Origin: Candidatus Dormiibacterota bacterium
Lineage (GTDB): Bacteria; Chloroflexota; Dormibacteria; Aeolococcales; Aeolococcaceae
DNA: 64,000 nucleotides
Assembly (NCBI GenBank): GCA_963756075.1
Contig: CAVWMH010000002.1
Coordinates: 583,422-647,421 of the forward strand
Direction of reading: 5' to 3'
This document shows, piece by piece, positions 9,474 to 19,980 of this stretch (position 1 is the first letter of the stretch; the number at the start of each line of letters is the position of its first letter). The translations under genes were made by a program, and so were the position numbers. The notes under the pieces are model-generated. The model had not been told where the DNA came from and searched no databases. It worked only from the letters and a program-made list of their open reading frames with translations.

Positions 9474-10622
9474 ATGGACATCCGTCTCAACGAAGAGCAG
9501 GCCATGATCCGCGAGACGGTGCGCGATATCGCTCGCGACCGCATCGCGCCACGCGCTGCGGAGATCGATCGCACCGGCGAATTCCCCTGGGATGTGGTGG
9601 ATCTCTTCCGCAAGCACGATCTCTTCGCGCTGCCCTTCCCCCCGGAGTACGGCGGCCTTTCCGGCAGCGCGCTGACCCTCAACGTTGCCATCGAGGAGGT
9701 GGCCAAGGTGTGCGCCACGAGCGCGCTCATCCTCGCCGTCCAGGCGCTCGGTGGATATCCGCTGATGATCGCCGGCACCGAGGAGCAGAAAGCACGGCTC
9801 CTTCCCGACCTGGCGAGCGGGGCGAAGCTCAGCGCCTACGCCCTCAGCGAGCCCGGCGCCGGCAGCGACCCCGCGGGCATGGTGACGCGCGCAGAGCGTC
9901 ACGGCGATGAATACGTCATCACCGGCAGCAAGATCTGGATCACCGCGGGCGGCATCGCCGACACGATCACCGTCTTCGCCAAGACCGACCCGGATGAGCG
10001 GGCGAAGGGGGTGTCGGCGTTCGTGCTCGAGGATGCCCAGCATCTCAAGGGGTTCGCGGCGAACACGATCCACGGAAAGCTCGGCATCCGCGGCAGCAAC
10101 ACCGCCGAACTCCACTTCGACGAGGTGGTGATCCCGGCAGCGAACCGTATCGGCGACGAGGGCGACGGGTTCCGCATCGCGATGAAGGTGCTCGACCGCT
10201 CCCGGCCGGGCGTTGCTGCACAGGCCCTGGGCATTGCCCAGGGAGCCCTCGACTATGCGGTCGGATACGCCAGGGATCGCAAGCAATTCGGCAAGACGAT
10301 CGCCGAGTTCCAGGGCATCCAGTTCATGGTCGCGGACATGGAGGCGCAGACTGCGGCCGCCCGCGCGATGGTCTACTGGGCGTCGCAGCTCATCGACGAC
10401 CAGAGCCCCGACGTCGGCCATTTCGCGGCGATCGCGAAATTGCTCGCCGCGGACACGGCGATGAAGGTCACCACCGACGCGGTGCAGATCCTCGGCGGCT
10501 ACGGGTACGTGAACGAATACCCGGTCGAGCGCATGATGCGCGACGCCAAGATCACCCAGATCTACGAGGGAACCAGCCAGATCCAGCGCGTCGTGATCGC
10601 CCGAGACCTGCTGCGCGCGTAG
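9474..10622 (+). CDS. acyl-CoA dehydrogenase (short/butyryl-CoA-type)
   Basis: 382 aa with ...ALSEPGAGSDPAGM..., ...ILGGYGYVNEYPVERMMRDAKITQIYEGTSQIQR... Confidence 0.92.
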   Translation: MDIRLNEEQAMIRETVRDIARDRIAPRAAEIDRTGEFPWDVVDLFRKHDLFALPFPPEYGGLSGSALTLNVAIEEVAKVCATSALILAVQALGGYPLMIAGTEEQKARLLPDLASGAKLSAYALSEPGAGSDPAGMVTRAERHGDEYVITGSKIWITAGGIADTITVFAKTDPDERAKGVSAFVLEDAQHLKGFAANTIHGKLGIRGSNTAELHFDEVVIPAANRIGDEGDGFRIAMKVLDRSRPGVAAQALGIAQGALDYAVGYARDRKQFGKTIAEFQGIQFMVADMEAQTAAARAMVYWASQLIDDQSPDVGHFAAIAKLLAADTAMKVTTDAVQILGGYGYVNEYPVERMMRDAKITQIYEGTSQIQRVVIARDLLRA

Positions 10623-10631
10623 CGATCGGCG

Positions 10632-11597
10632 CTACATCGTCAGGACGACTTTGCCGCGCGCTTGCCGCTGCCCGAGCAGATTGAGGGCCGCCGGCGCCTG
10701 CTCGAGGGGATAGGTCGCACCCACGATCGGGGCCACGGTGCCGGCGTCGATCATCGCGTTGAGCGCGACCTGTGTCTCGAAGAAGATCGCCGGCTCAACC
10801 CCGAGAAACGCACCCCATGCGGCGCCGACCACGTCGATGTTGCGCAACAGCACACGGTTCACCTGCAGCGTGGGAATCCTTCCCTCAGTGAACCCGACGA
10901 CGATGAGACGACCCTGGGGCGCCAGACACCGAACGCTCTGGTCGAATCGCTCGCCGCCGACGGGATCCAGGATCGCGTCGACCCCGAGACCATCGTTCTG
11001 AGCACGCAGCGCCGCGACCCAGTCGCCCTCGGCATCGAGGACCCGATGCGCGCCCGCTCGCTCCGCGATGTGCATCTTGTCGGGACCGGCCGCGATCGCG
11101 ATAACCTCGGCCCCGAGCCCTCGGGCAACTTGTATGGCCGCGGTGCCGACGCCGCCGGCCGCCCCGTGGATCGCGACGCGATCTCCGGGAAGGACGCGTC
11201 CCCGGCGCGCCAGGGCGAAATGCGCGGTGTGGTAGTTCATGACGAACCCGGATGCCGCCTCGATGCTCAGGCCGTTCGGGATTGCGAGGGTGAGCGACGG
11301 CTCGGCGACAGCGACGTCCGCAAAACCGCCCAGCATGGTGAAGGCCATCACCCGGTCGCCTTCCTTGAATCCGGAACCCTGAGGCGCGGAACGGACCCGT
11401 CCCGCGACCTCGACACCGGGCACGAACGGCAGCGGCGGTTTCATCTGATATTCGCCGCGGGTGAGCAGCAGATCGGGAAAGCTCACGCCGGCGGCCGCAA
11501 CTTCGATGACGACGCGACCGGCATCCTCCGGCTCGTCGACCTCGACCAGATGCAGACCAGACGGGCCCTCGAGGCCCTGAACCTGCTGTGCGCGCAC
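10632..11597 (-). CDS. NADPH:quinone oxidoreductase / zinc-type alcohol dehydrogenase superfamily (MDR)
   Basis: 321 aa with PFVPGVEVAGRV and the Rossmann motif HGAAGGVGTAAIQVA. Confidence 0.88.
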   Translation of the reverse strand: MRAQQVQGLEGPSGLHLVEVDEPEDAGRVVIEVAAAGVSFPDLLLTRGEYQMKPPLPFVPGVEVAGRVRSAPQGSGFKEGDRVMAFTMLGGFADVAVAEPSLTLAIPNGLSIEAASGFVMNYHTAHFALARRGRVLPGDRVAIHGAAGGVGTAAIQVARGLGAEVIAIAAGPDKMHIAERAGAHRVLDAEGDWVAALRAQNDGLGVDAILDPVGGERFDQSVRCLAPQGRLIVVGFTEGRIPTLQVNRVLLRNIDVVGAAWGAFLGVEPAIFFETQVALNAMIDAGTVAPIVGATYPLEQAPAALNLLGQRQARGKVVLTM

Positions 11598-11805
11598 CTG
11601 TTTCCTCCGTCCCAGTGGTGGCCGCTGATGATGCCACTGTTCGCATCCGGACGAGCGGACCGTGGGGTACCCTTGTCACCCGCGGCGGGTAACCGGAAGT
11701 TGATGTCAGCGTTTCCCCAACAGGAAGCCCACCGTGGCGCGCCGGCCCCGCAGCCTTGCGGCGGTCAGTACACCCGTTCGGAAAGTCGAGAGCAACGCCT
11801 CAACC

Positions 11806-13287
11806 ATGGCAACTATCAGCACCTCATCGGTCCGGCGCAGACGCCGGTCGCGGTACAGCGTCGTCCCCAGCTGGGTCACGCGAAAACGCGCCATCGTGTC
11901 GGTGATCGTCATGTTCTCCCTCCTGCTCGTCGCCGGCGGCATTTACGGTGTGCGTCTCTCGTTCGCACTGGCAAAGACCTTTCACACCAACCCGATCAGC
12001 GCGGCGATCGGCGCGCTTCAGGGCGGCGGAGGCTCCGGGATCGACCGTCAGCGCCAGCACTACCAGCGAATCAACATCGTGCTCTACGGCTACGGCGGCA
12101 GCCAGCATTCCGGCGCCTTCCTCACCGACTCGATCATGGTGATCTCGATCATGCCGATGCAGGGCCACCCGCCGCAGATCGCCGAGATCTCGATCCCGCG
12201 CGACTGGTTTGTGACCATCCCCCTGCGCAATGGCAAGTCGACAGCGCAGCGGATCAACTTTGCATACGCCGCCGGCATGCTCGGTGAGGGGCCGCAGCCC
12301 GCGAGCGCAGTCGATGCGGGAGCGGCCGTCGCGGACCCGCTGGTCGCACATCTCCTCGGGATCGGCATCAACTACTTCATTGGCGTCGACTTCAACGCTT
12401 TCAAGCAGGCCGTCGACGCGGTGGGCGGCATCAATATCGATGTGCCGGCGGCCTTCACCGACCATCAGTACCCCGCGGGCGAATGCGACCTCGGCAACTG
12501 CGCCTACGAGACCGTGCACTTCAATGCCGGCATACAGCACATGAACGGCGCGACCGCGCTCATCTACGCGCGCTCTCGCCACGGCAACAACGGTCAGGGA
12601 TCGGACTTTGCGCGCAGCCGCCGCCAGCAGCAGATCATCGTCGGCCTCAAGGCGCAGATCGAGAGCATCGGTGGCTTCGGCAAGCTGCCGGATGTCATCA
12701 ATGCGCTAGGCAGCAACGTGCTCACCGACCTGACCATTGGCGACGCCGAGTCGCTGTACGGGTTGGTCAACGGCGTCAACCCGGCGAGCATCGAACACAT
12801 CAGCATCGACGACACCAACTTCCTGTATGACTGCGGGTATCCAACGCGCTGCGGCGGCGCCTACCTCTACGCCAACGACCAGAGCTTCGCGTCCCTCTCG
12901 CATTTCGTCCAGGACATCTTCCCAACGCCGACGGCGCTCGCCGAGGGCGCCCCGGTCACGTTCATCAATGCGAGCGGGCGCAACAGCAACGCGACCATTC
13001 GCTGGGCATCGCTCATGAACATGGTCGGCTTCTCCACGAGAGCCGGCGGCAAAGCGCCTGCACGGGAGGCCACCCAGGTGATCGACAACAGTGGCGGAAA
13101 GGACGCCGCCACCGCGCAATGGCTCGCCGCGTACTTCGGCGTGACCGTCACCACCGAACCCGCGCCGACAGCGCCGGTCACGACACCGCCGGCGACACCG
13201 GCTGCCGCCGCCGCCGGCGGGGTGACCGTCATACTCGGCAGCGCCGAAGAGCAGTCGTTCCTCGGTAACCCCGGGTTTGGTCACTAG
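11806..13287 (+). CDS. LCP (LytR-CpsA-Psr) family cell-envelope phosphotransferase
   Basis: Basic N-terminus, one TM, then the LCP core (...INIVLYGYGG..., ...ISIPRDWFV..., ...ARSRHGNNGQGSDFARSRRQQQI...). The ATG at 11806 is chosen; the ORF is open from 11734. Confidence 0.85.
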   Translation: MATISTSSVRRRRRSRYSVVPSWVTRKRAIVSVIVMFSLLLVAGGIYGVRLSFALAKTFHTNPISAAIGALQGGGGSGIDRQRQHYQRINIVLYGYGGSQHSGAFLTDSIMVISIMPMQGHPPQIAEISIPRDWFVTIPLRNGKSTAQRINFAYAAGMLGEGPQPASAVDAGAAVADPLVAHLLGIGINYFIGVDFNAFKQAVDAVGGINIDVPAAFTDHQYPAGECDLGNCAYETVHFNAGIQHMNGATALIYARSRHGNNGQGSDFARSRRQQQIIVGLKAQIESIGGFGKLPDVINALGSNVLTDLTIGDAESLYGLVNGVNPASIEHISIDDTNFLYDCGYPTRCGGAYLYANDQSFASLSHFVQDIFPTPTALAEGAPVTFINASGRNSNATIRWASLMNMVGFSTRAGGKAPAREATQVIDNSGGKDAATAQWLAAYFGVTVTTEPAPTAPVTTPPATPAAAAAGGVTVILGSAEEQSFLGNPGFGH

Positions 13288-13310
13288 CTCCGCACTGAGG
13301 TACGCCAAGA

Positions 13311-14351
13311 GTGGGACAGAGGATTGCCGTCCTGACGGGCGGCGGTGACGCACCAGGTCTCAACGCCGCGATTCGCGCGATCGGCCGGCGGGCGCTCGCG
13401 GCGGGTGACTCGCTAGTTGGGATTCGCAACGGGTGGGCCGGGCTGATCGGTGACGGCGACGTCTTCACCCTGGAGCGACACCGGCTTTCCGGCATCCTGC
13501 AACTCGGCGGCACCATGCTCGGCAGCTCGCGAGTGAATCCGATGAAGCTCGAAGGTGGCGTGGAGCAGGTCCTGCGCAACCTCGAGCGTCTGCATCTCGA
13601 CGCGCTCGTCGCAATCGGCGGCGATGACACGCTGAGCGTCGCAGCGCGACTGGCCGGACAGCGCGCGCGTGTGGTGGGTGTTCCCAAGACGATGGACAAC
13701 GACCTCAGCGTCACCGACTACTGCATCGGTTTCGACAGCGCGGTGAGCGTCGTCACCGAGGCGCTCGACCGCTTGCACACCACCGCATCGTCACATCACC
13801 GCGTGATGGTCTGCGAGGTGATGGGGCGCGACACCGGGTGGGTCGCCGTGATGGGCGGCCTCGCGGGCGGTGCCGACATGATCATCATTCCAGAATTCGG
13901 CGTCACCGTGGACGAGGTCGTTGCGCATCTCGAGGTGCGCCGCAGCGCTGGGAGCGACTTCAGCATCATCGTTGTGGCCGAGGGCGTCGAGATGGAGGGA
14001 CTGCGGTCCAAGGACGAGGCAGAAGGCGCCCGGGACGCGTTCGGTCATGTCCAGCTCTCGCGCCGCGGCGTCGGCGAGAATCTCGCGCGCATCATCGAGG
14101 AGCGAACCGGGCATGAAACTCGCGCCACCGTGCTCGGGCACGTGCAACGCGGTGGCTCCCCGACAGCCTACGATCGCATCTGGGCGACGCGTGTCGGGGC
14201 GAAGGCATACGACCTCGTTGTCGACGGACTGTTCGGGGAGATGCCGGTGGTGACCAACGGGACAGTCAACGTCTCGAGCATCGCCGACGTCGTGGCGGAG
14301 CAGCGCCGGGTGCCTCGCGAGCTCTACGAGCTCGCCCAGGTCTTCTACTGA
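13311..14351 (+). CDS. pfkA: 6-phosphofructokinase
   Basis: IAVLTGGGDAPGLNAAIRA, GGDDTL and PKTMDNDL motifs; 346 aa. Confidence 0.92.
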   Translation: MGQRIAVLTGGGDAPGLNAAIRAIGRRALAAGDSLVGIRNGWAGLIGDGDVFTLERHRLSGILQLGGTMLGSSRVNPMKLEGGVEQVLRNLERLHLDALVAIGGDDTLSVAARLAGQRARVVGVPKTMDNDLSVTDYCIGFDSAVSVVTEALDRLHTTASSHHRVMVCEVMGRDTGWVAVMGGLAGGADMIIIPEFGVTVDEVVAHLEVRRSAGSDFSIIVVAEGVEMEGLRSKDEAEGARDAFGHVQLSRRGVGENLARIIEERTGHETRATVLGHVQRGGSPTAYDRIWATRVGAKAYDLVVDGLFGEMPVVTNGTVNVSSIADVVAEQRRVPRELYELAQVFY

Positions 14352-14369
14352 GCGCCGACCCCTCGCGGG

Positions 14370-15437
14370 CTACCGAGCCATCACGGGGACGCTGCTGAGC
14401 GGCGACCAGCTCGGCGGCGACGACGCGTCGAAGTCGAGGTTGGTGGTCACCAGCAGAGGTGGCGACGGCGCCGCGCTCAATGCTCCCTTGATCCACCACA
14501 GCTCGAAGTGCCCGGTGGCATCGGCGGTGTTGTAGTAGACGAGCCCGCTCCCATCCGGTGCCCACGCCGGCGCCGAGCACAGGCAGTTGTTGACCAGGGT
14601 CGCTGGTGTTCCGAGCTTTCCATCACTGAGGCTCGCGATCTCGAGGCGCGTGCTCTGCAGGCCGGTTCCGCCGATGCAGATCATCGCCACCTTGGTGCCG
14701 TCGGGTGACGGCGCCGGCTGACCACAGTCCTGCGTGGGCGTGGTGAGGATGATCGTTCTCCCCAGGGGCTTGACCTGCAATGCGATCTGCGAGAACGCGT
14801 TACCACTGCCGATGGCGTACTTCGAGTAGATGATCGCGCCGCCGGCCATCGGTGTCGGATCCACGTCGCCGCCGGTGAACAGGTTGGAGTTGGTCAACTG
14901 CTGGGCCGCAAGCTTGCCGGTGAGCGACCCCGACCAGACCGACAAGTCGACCGCGAGGGTGCTCGAGTTCTTCGGCTGGTCATAGCTGAAATAGAGGGTT
15001 TTGCCGTCGGCTCCCATGTGCGGATAGAACATCCAGTGGTTGAGATACACGGTGTCGAGGTGCACGTTGGCGTTGTTGCTGAGCCGGCGGATGATCGAGC
15101 CCTGGCTGTTGAGCAGGTAGAGGTTCGAGTACTCGGCCGCGCGCAGCACCGCGACGATGTCCTGCGAATTGGGGACGTACGCCGGCTGCATCCACGATCC
15201 CGATGCCGTCGACAGGTGCAGATCGGTGAAGAACCCATCGCTGAGACGGTAGATGTCCCCGTTCTGCGCCAGGTACAGCGTGCCGGGGAGCACGATCCTG
15301 GGGCGTGTCGCCGAGGGTTTGAAGACGCTGGACTCGGCCGGGATGTTGTGCTTTCTCGACGCGATCAACCGGTTGATACCCAGACCGAATCCGGCCATGA
15401 GCGCGAGCAATAGGACGACGGCCAGCGCACGCCTCAC
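14370..15437 (-). CDS. secreted/anchored TolB-like beta-propeller repeat protein
   Basis: N-terminal signal/TM (MRRALAVVLLLALMAGFG) followed by repeated SPDG/APDG-type propeller strands (PSPDGTKVAM, WAPDGSGLVYY). Confidence 0.65.
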   Translation of the reverse strand: MRRALAVVLLLALMAGFGLGINRLIASRKHNIPAESSVFKPSATRPRIVLPGTLYLAQNGDIYRLSDGFFTDLHLSTASGSWMQPAYVPNSQDIVAVLRAAEYSNLYLLNSQGSIIRRLSNNANVHLDTVYLNHWMFYPHMGADGKTLYFSYDQPKNSSTLAVDLSVWSGSLTGKLAAQQLTNSNLFTGGDVDPTPMAGGAIIYSKYAIGSGNAFSQIALQVKPLGRTIILTTPTQDCGQPAPSPDGTKVAMICIGGTGLQSTRLEIASLSDGKLGTPATLVNNCLCSAPAWAPDGSGLVYYNTADATGHFELWWIKGALSAAPSPPLLVTTNLDFDASSPPSWSPLSSVPVMAR

Positions 15438-15446
15438 GGTCGTCGC

Positions 15447-16571
15447 CTACACCGCTGGGAAGTATCTGTGCGTCAGGGGCAGGATGAGGTTCCAGTTGGG
15501 TTGGAGCGCATCCTGGTTGCCCACCAGCAGGGGCGTGCTGTATGGCGAAGCCAGGATCACCTGCTGCACGTTCTGCAACTGCACGCTGCTCGCGATCGGC
15601 AGCAGCGAGGCGATCTCGCCGATGCTCATGTCGGTCGAGAAATCACTGGCCATGGCCGTGGCGATGTCCGGTAGGTCGGCGATGCCGAGCAACTTCGCCT
15701 TGGCACGCAGCGCGAGCAGCACCTGCTGCTGACGCTGGGAGCGGCCGAAGTCGCTGCGCAGGTCGCCGTGGCGCGAGCGGACGTACATGAGCGCCTGCAT
15801 GCCATTCATGTGCTGCGGACCCGGTAGGACTGCGACTCGCTCGTAGGCGTATGGGTCCTTGCCGGTCAGGTCTTTCGGATAGAAATCGTCCATCACCGGG
15901 TTGGTGGCAACCACATCGATGCCGCCGACCTGGTTGATGAGGTTCACGAGGCCGAGCAGGCCGATCCACGCGTAATGGTCGACATGGATGTGGAAATCGT
16001 CCTCGACCGTGGCCACCGACGCACTGGCTCCACCATGAAGGTATGCCGCATCGATCTTCGCGCTGCCACCGCTGGAGAGCGGGACCCAGAGGTCGCGGGG
16101 GATCGATTCCATCACGACCTGCCGGGTCTTTGGATTCACCCGTGCCAGGATCATCGACTGCGTGAGAATCGTGCCGCCGAATTTGGCGTCGTTGTCGGAG
16201 CCGAGCAGGAGCACCGTGAAGGGCTGCCCCGGAGGGGCTTGGACCGCCGGCGCCGATGCCGCGGCAGATGCCGATGCGCTCGCCGACGCCTTTGCTGTCG
16301 GGAAGTTGCGGTCGATGGCGTGGCCGGTGTCCTGGAACGCGGTCACGATCGCCGGCATGAAGTACGCCACCGCGCCGATGGCACCGGACAGCACGAAACC
16401 GAGAGCGATCAGGAAGCCGAGAAAGACCCGGCTGCGCCTGACGCGATGGCGCCGGCGCAAAGAGGCGCGTTGTCGTCTCACCTGAGGCTTTATAACGAAC
16501 TCGGCTGACGGCAGGGTTACGGTGGGCAGGATGAACTCGGGGCGCCGGTAGACTTCGAGCGATGTCCGCAC
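15447..16571 (-). CDS. LCP (LytR-CpsA-Psr) family protein
   Basis: TM plus LCP core (...FTVLLLGSDN..., ...SIPRDLWVPL..., ...VRSRHGDLRSDFGRSQRQQQV...). The GTG start at 16571 would overlap the divergent meaB start by 10 nt, so one of the two starts is probably wrong. Confidence 0.85.
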   Translation of the reverse strand: MRTSLEVYRRPEFILPTVTLPSAEFVIKPQVRRQRASLRRRHRVRRSRVFLGFLIALGFVLSGAIGAVAYFMPAIVTAFQDTGHAIDRNFPTAKASASASASAAASAPAVQAPPGQPFTVLLLGSDNDAKFGGTILTQSMILARVNPKTRQVVMESIPRDLWVPLSSGGSAKIDAAYLHGGASASVATVEDDFHIHVDHYAWIGLLGLVNLINQVGGIDVVATNPVMDDFYPKDLTGKDPYAYERVAVLPGPQHMNGMQALMYVRSRHGDLRSDFGRSQRQQQVLLALRAKAKLLGIADLPDIATAMASDFSTDMSIGEIASLLPIASSVQLQNVQQVILASPYSTPLLVGNQDALQPNWNLILPLTHRYFPAV

Positions 16572-17428
16572 CCCCGCTCGCCGAACGTCTGATGGCCGGC
16601 GAGACGCGCGCCCTGGCGCGGGCGATCCGCATGGTCGAGGATCGCGATCCGGGCATCGCCGAGCTTCTCCGGGAGGTGCGGGAGCGGGCCGGCCGTGCCC
16701 GCGTGGTCGGCGTCACCGGCCCCCCGGGCAGCGGCAAGAGCACCCTCTGTGACCAGGTCATCGAGCGCTGGAGAGGCCAGGGCCACCTTGTGGGGGTCAT
16801 CGCCGTGGACCCCTCGAGCCCATTCACCGGGGGGGCGATCCTGGGCGATCGCGTCCGGATGGTGCGCCACACGCTCGATCCCGGCGTGTTCATCAGGAGC
16901 ATGGCGGCGCGTGGTCATCTCGGCGGGCTCGCAGCGGCGGCCCGGGAGGCGATCCGTCTCATCGATGCCTCGGGCCGCGACCGATGCCTGCTCGAGACGG
17001 TCGGCGTCGGCCAGTCCGAGCTCGAGGTCATGGAGACGGCCGACACGACCGTCGTGGTCACCACGCCCACGACCGGGGACGCCGTTCAGATCCTCAAAGC
17101 CGGCATCCTCGAGATCGCCGACATCTTCGTCGTCAACAAGGCCGATCTCCCCGGGGCCTCGCGAGTGGTTCGAGACCTCAAGGAGCTCGTCCGCCACGGC
17201 ACCACGCGCACCGGGTGGTCGCCACCGGTCCTGACGACGGTGGCGGAGACGGGCCAGGGCATCGACGATCTCGTTGCTGCGATCGACCGCCACGGCGACA
17301 GCATCGCGGCCTCAGGGGAGCTGGAGCGCCGCCGGATCGCACGGCTTCGAGCGGAGGTCGAGGCGATCGTGGTCGAGCGAGCGGGGGAGCGCGCGCGAAC
17401 TGCGCTGCATGAGGGCACAATGAGTTGA
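16562..17428 (+). CDS. meaB: methylmalonyl-CoA mutase-associated GTPase MeaB/ArgK; the ORF ends at an in-frame TGA and 24 further codons (to TAA at 17501-17503) look like the native C-terminus
   Basis: Walker [18 protein letters not shown] and NKADL motifs. After TGA 17426-17428 the same frame reads [24 protein letters not shown], ending 11 nt before the mutase ATG. Confidence 0.88.
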   Translation: MSAPPLAERLMAGETRALARAIRMVEDRDPGIAELLREVRERAGRARVVGVTGPPGSGKSTLCDQVIERWRGQGHLVGVIAVDPSSPFTGGAILGDRVRMVRHTLDPGVFIRSMAARGHLGGLAAAAREAIRLIDASGRDRCLLETVGVGQSELEVMETADTTVVVTTPTTGDAVQILKAGILEIADIFVVNKADLPGASRVVRDLKELVRHGTTRTGWSPPVLTTVAETGQGIDDLVAAIDRHGDSIAASGELERRRIARLRAEVEAIVVERAGERARTALHEGTMS

Positions 17429-17514
17429 GAGCTCGACGGCGATCTGAGCCGGGTGGACCCGTACGCCCTGGCCGAACGCATTCTCAACGGGCACACCAGG
17501 TAATCCAGGGAGCA

Positions 17515-19170
<1,656 letters not shown>

Positions 19171-19221
19171 CCTTTCCTTAACCCCTCCATAAGCGGGAGG
19201 GGAATAGGCTCAGCCCGCATC

Positions 19222-19969
19222 GTGGGAGCCAAGCACATCCTGGTGGTCGAGGACGAGGAGGTGATCCGGGAGACCCTCCGCTTCAATCTCGTGCGCGAGG
19301 GATACCAGGTGAGCCAGGCCTCCAACGGGATCGAGGCGCTCGACAAGGCGCGCGAGCTTCGGCCCGACCTGATCGTGCTCGATCTGATGCTTCCCGAGCT
19401 CGGTGGAACTCGAGGTGTGTCGCATCCTCCGGCAGGAGACCACCGCGCCGGTGCTGGTGCTGAGCGCGCGCGACAGCGAGCTGGACAAGATCGTCGGTCT
19501 TCGCGTGGGCGCTGACGACTACATGACCAAGCCGTTCTCCCTCGCGGAGCTCACCGCCCGGGTGATGGCGCTGCTGCGACGCGCGCAGCCCGCTGTTGAG
19601 GAGCGGGGCGTCGTGGAGGTCGAGGAGCTCGGGGACTTCCGATTCGATCGCGGCGCGCGGTCGGTGCGCGTGGGGCAGGAGGCGCTCCGCCTGTCACCCA
19701 AGGAGTTCGACCTCCTCTCGTTCCTGCTGGCGAACCCCGGAAGGGTGCACTCGCGCGAGCAGCTGATCCGCCGGGTGTGGGGGCCCAAGTTCTTTGGCGA
19801 GCGCAAGACCGTCGATGTCCACGTGCGCTGGCTTCGGGAGAAGTTCGAGTCCTTCGAAGCGCTTCCGTTCAGGATCACGACGGTCTACGGCGTCGGTTAC
19901 CGGCTCGATCGCATCCCCGAGCAACGCGATTCCGCCGCATCCGACGTCGCGGTCGGTGAAGGCCGCTGA
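19222..19969 (+). pseudogene. OmpR/PhoB-family response regulator, reading frame broken once (+1) near 19402-19410
   Basis: Receiver domain MGAKHILVVEDEEVIRETL...DLIVLDLMLPELGG is in frame 1. ...ELEVCRILRQETTAPVLVLSARD...DDYMTKPFS plus the winged-helix domain ...VYGVGYRL is in frame 2. Removing one A from GGAACTC restores LPELGGLEVCR. Confidence 0.85.
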
Positions 19970-19980
19970 CTTCGCTGGAG

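Noticed and set aside
17426-17428. TGA reassignment (code 4/25-like) or selenocysteine as an explanation for the in-frame TGAs in meaB and wzm.
   Set aside because: TGA clearly terminates many genes here at positions fixed by homology and by ATGA/GTGA overlaps (AKR/sucC, pyrR/pyrC, carB/pyrK, pyrK/pyrD, apt/ahcY, ppk). No SECIS-like hairpin follows either site, and neither protein family uses selenocysteine.
19182-19202. Hairpin after the mutase gene as an intrinsic terminator.
   Set aside because: The T-run (TTTTTT at 19163-19168) lies upstream of the stem, not downstream, and the opposite strand has an A-run. It is kept only as a repeat-motif observation.
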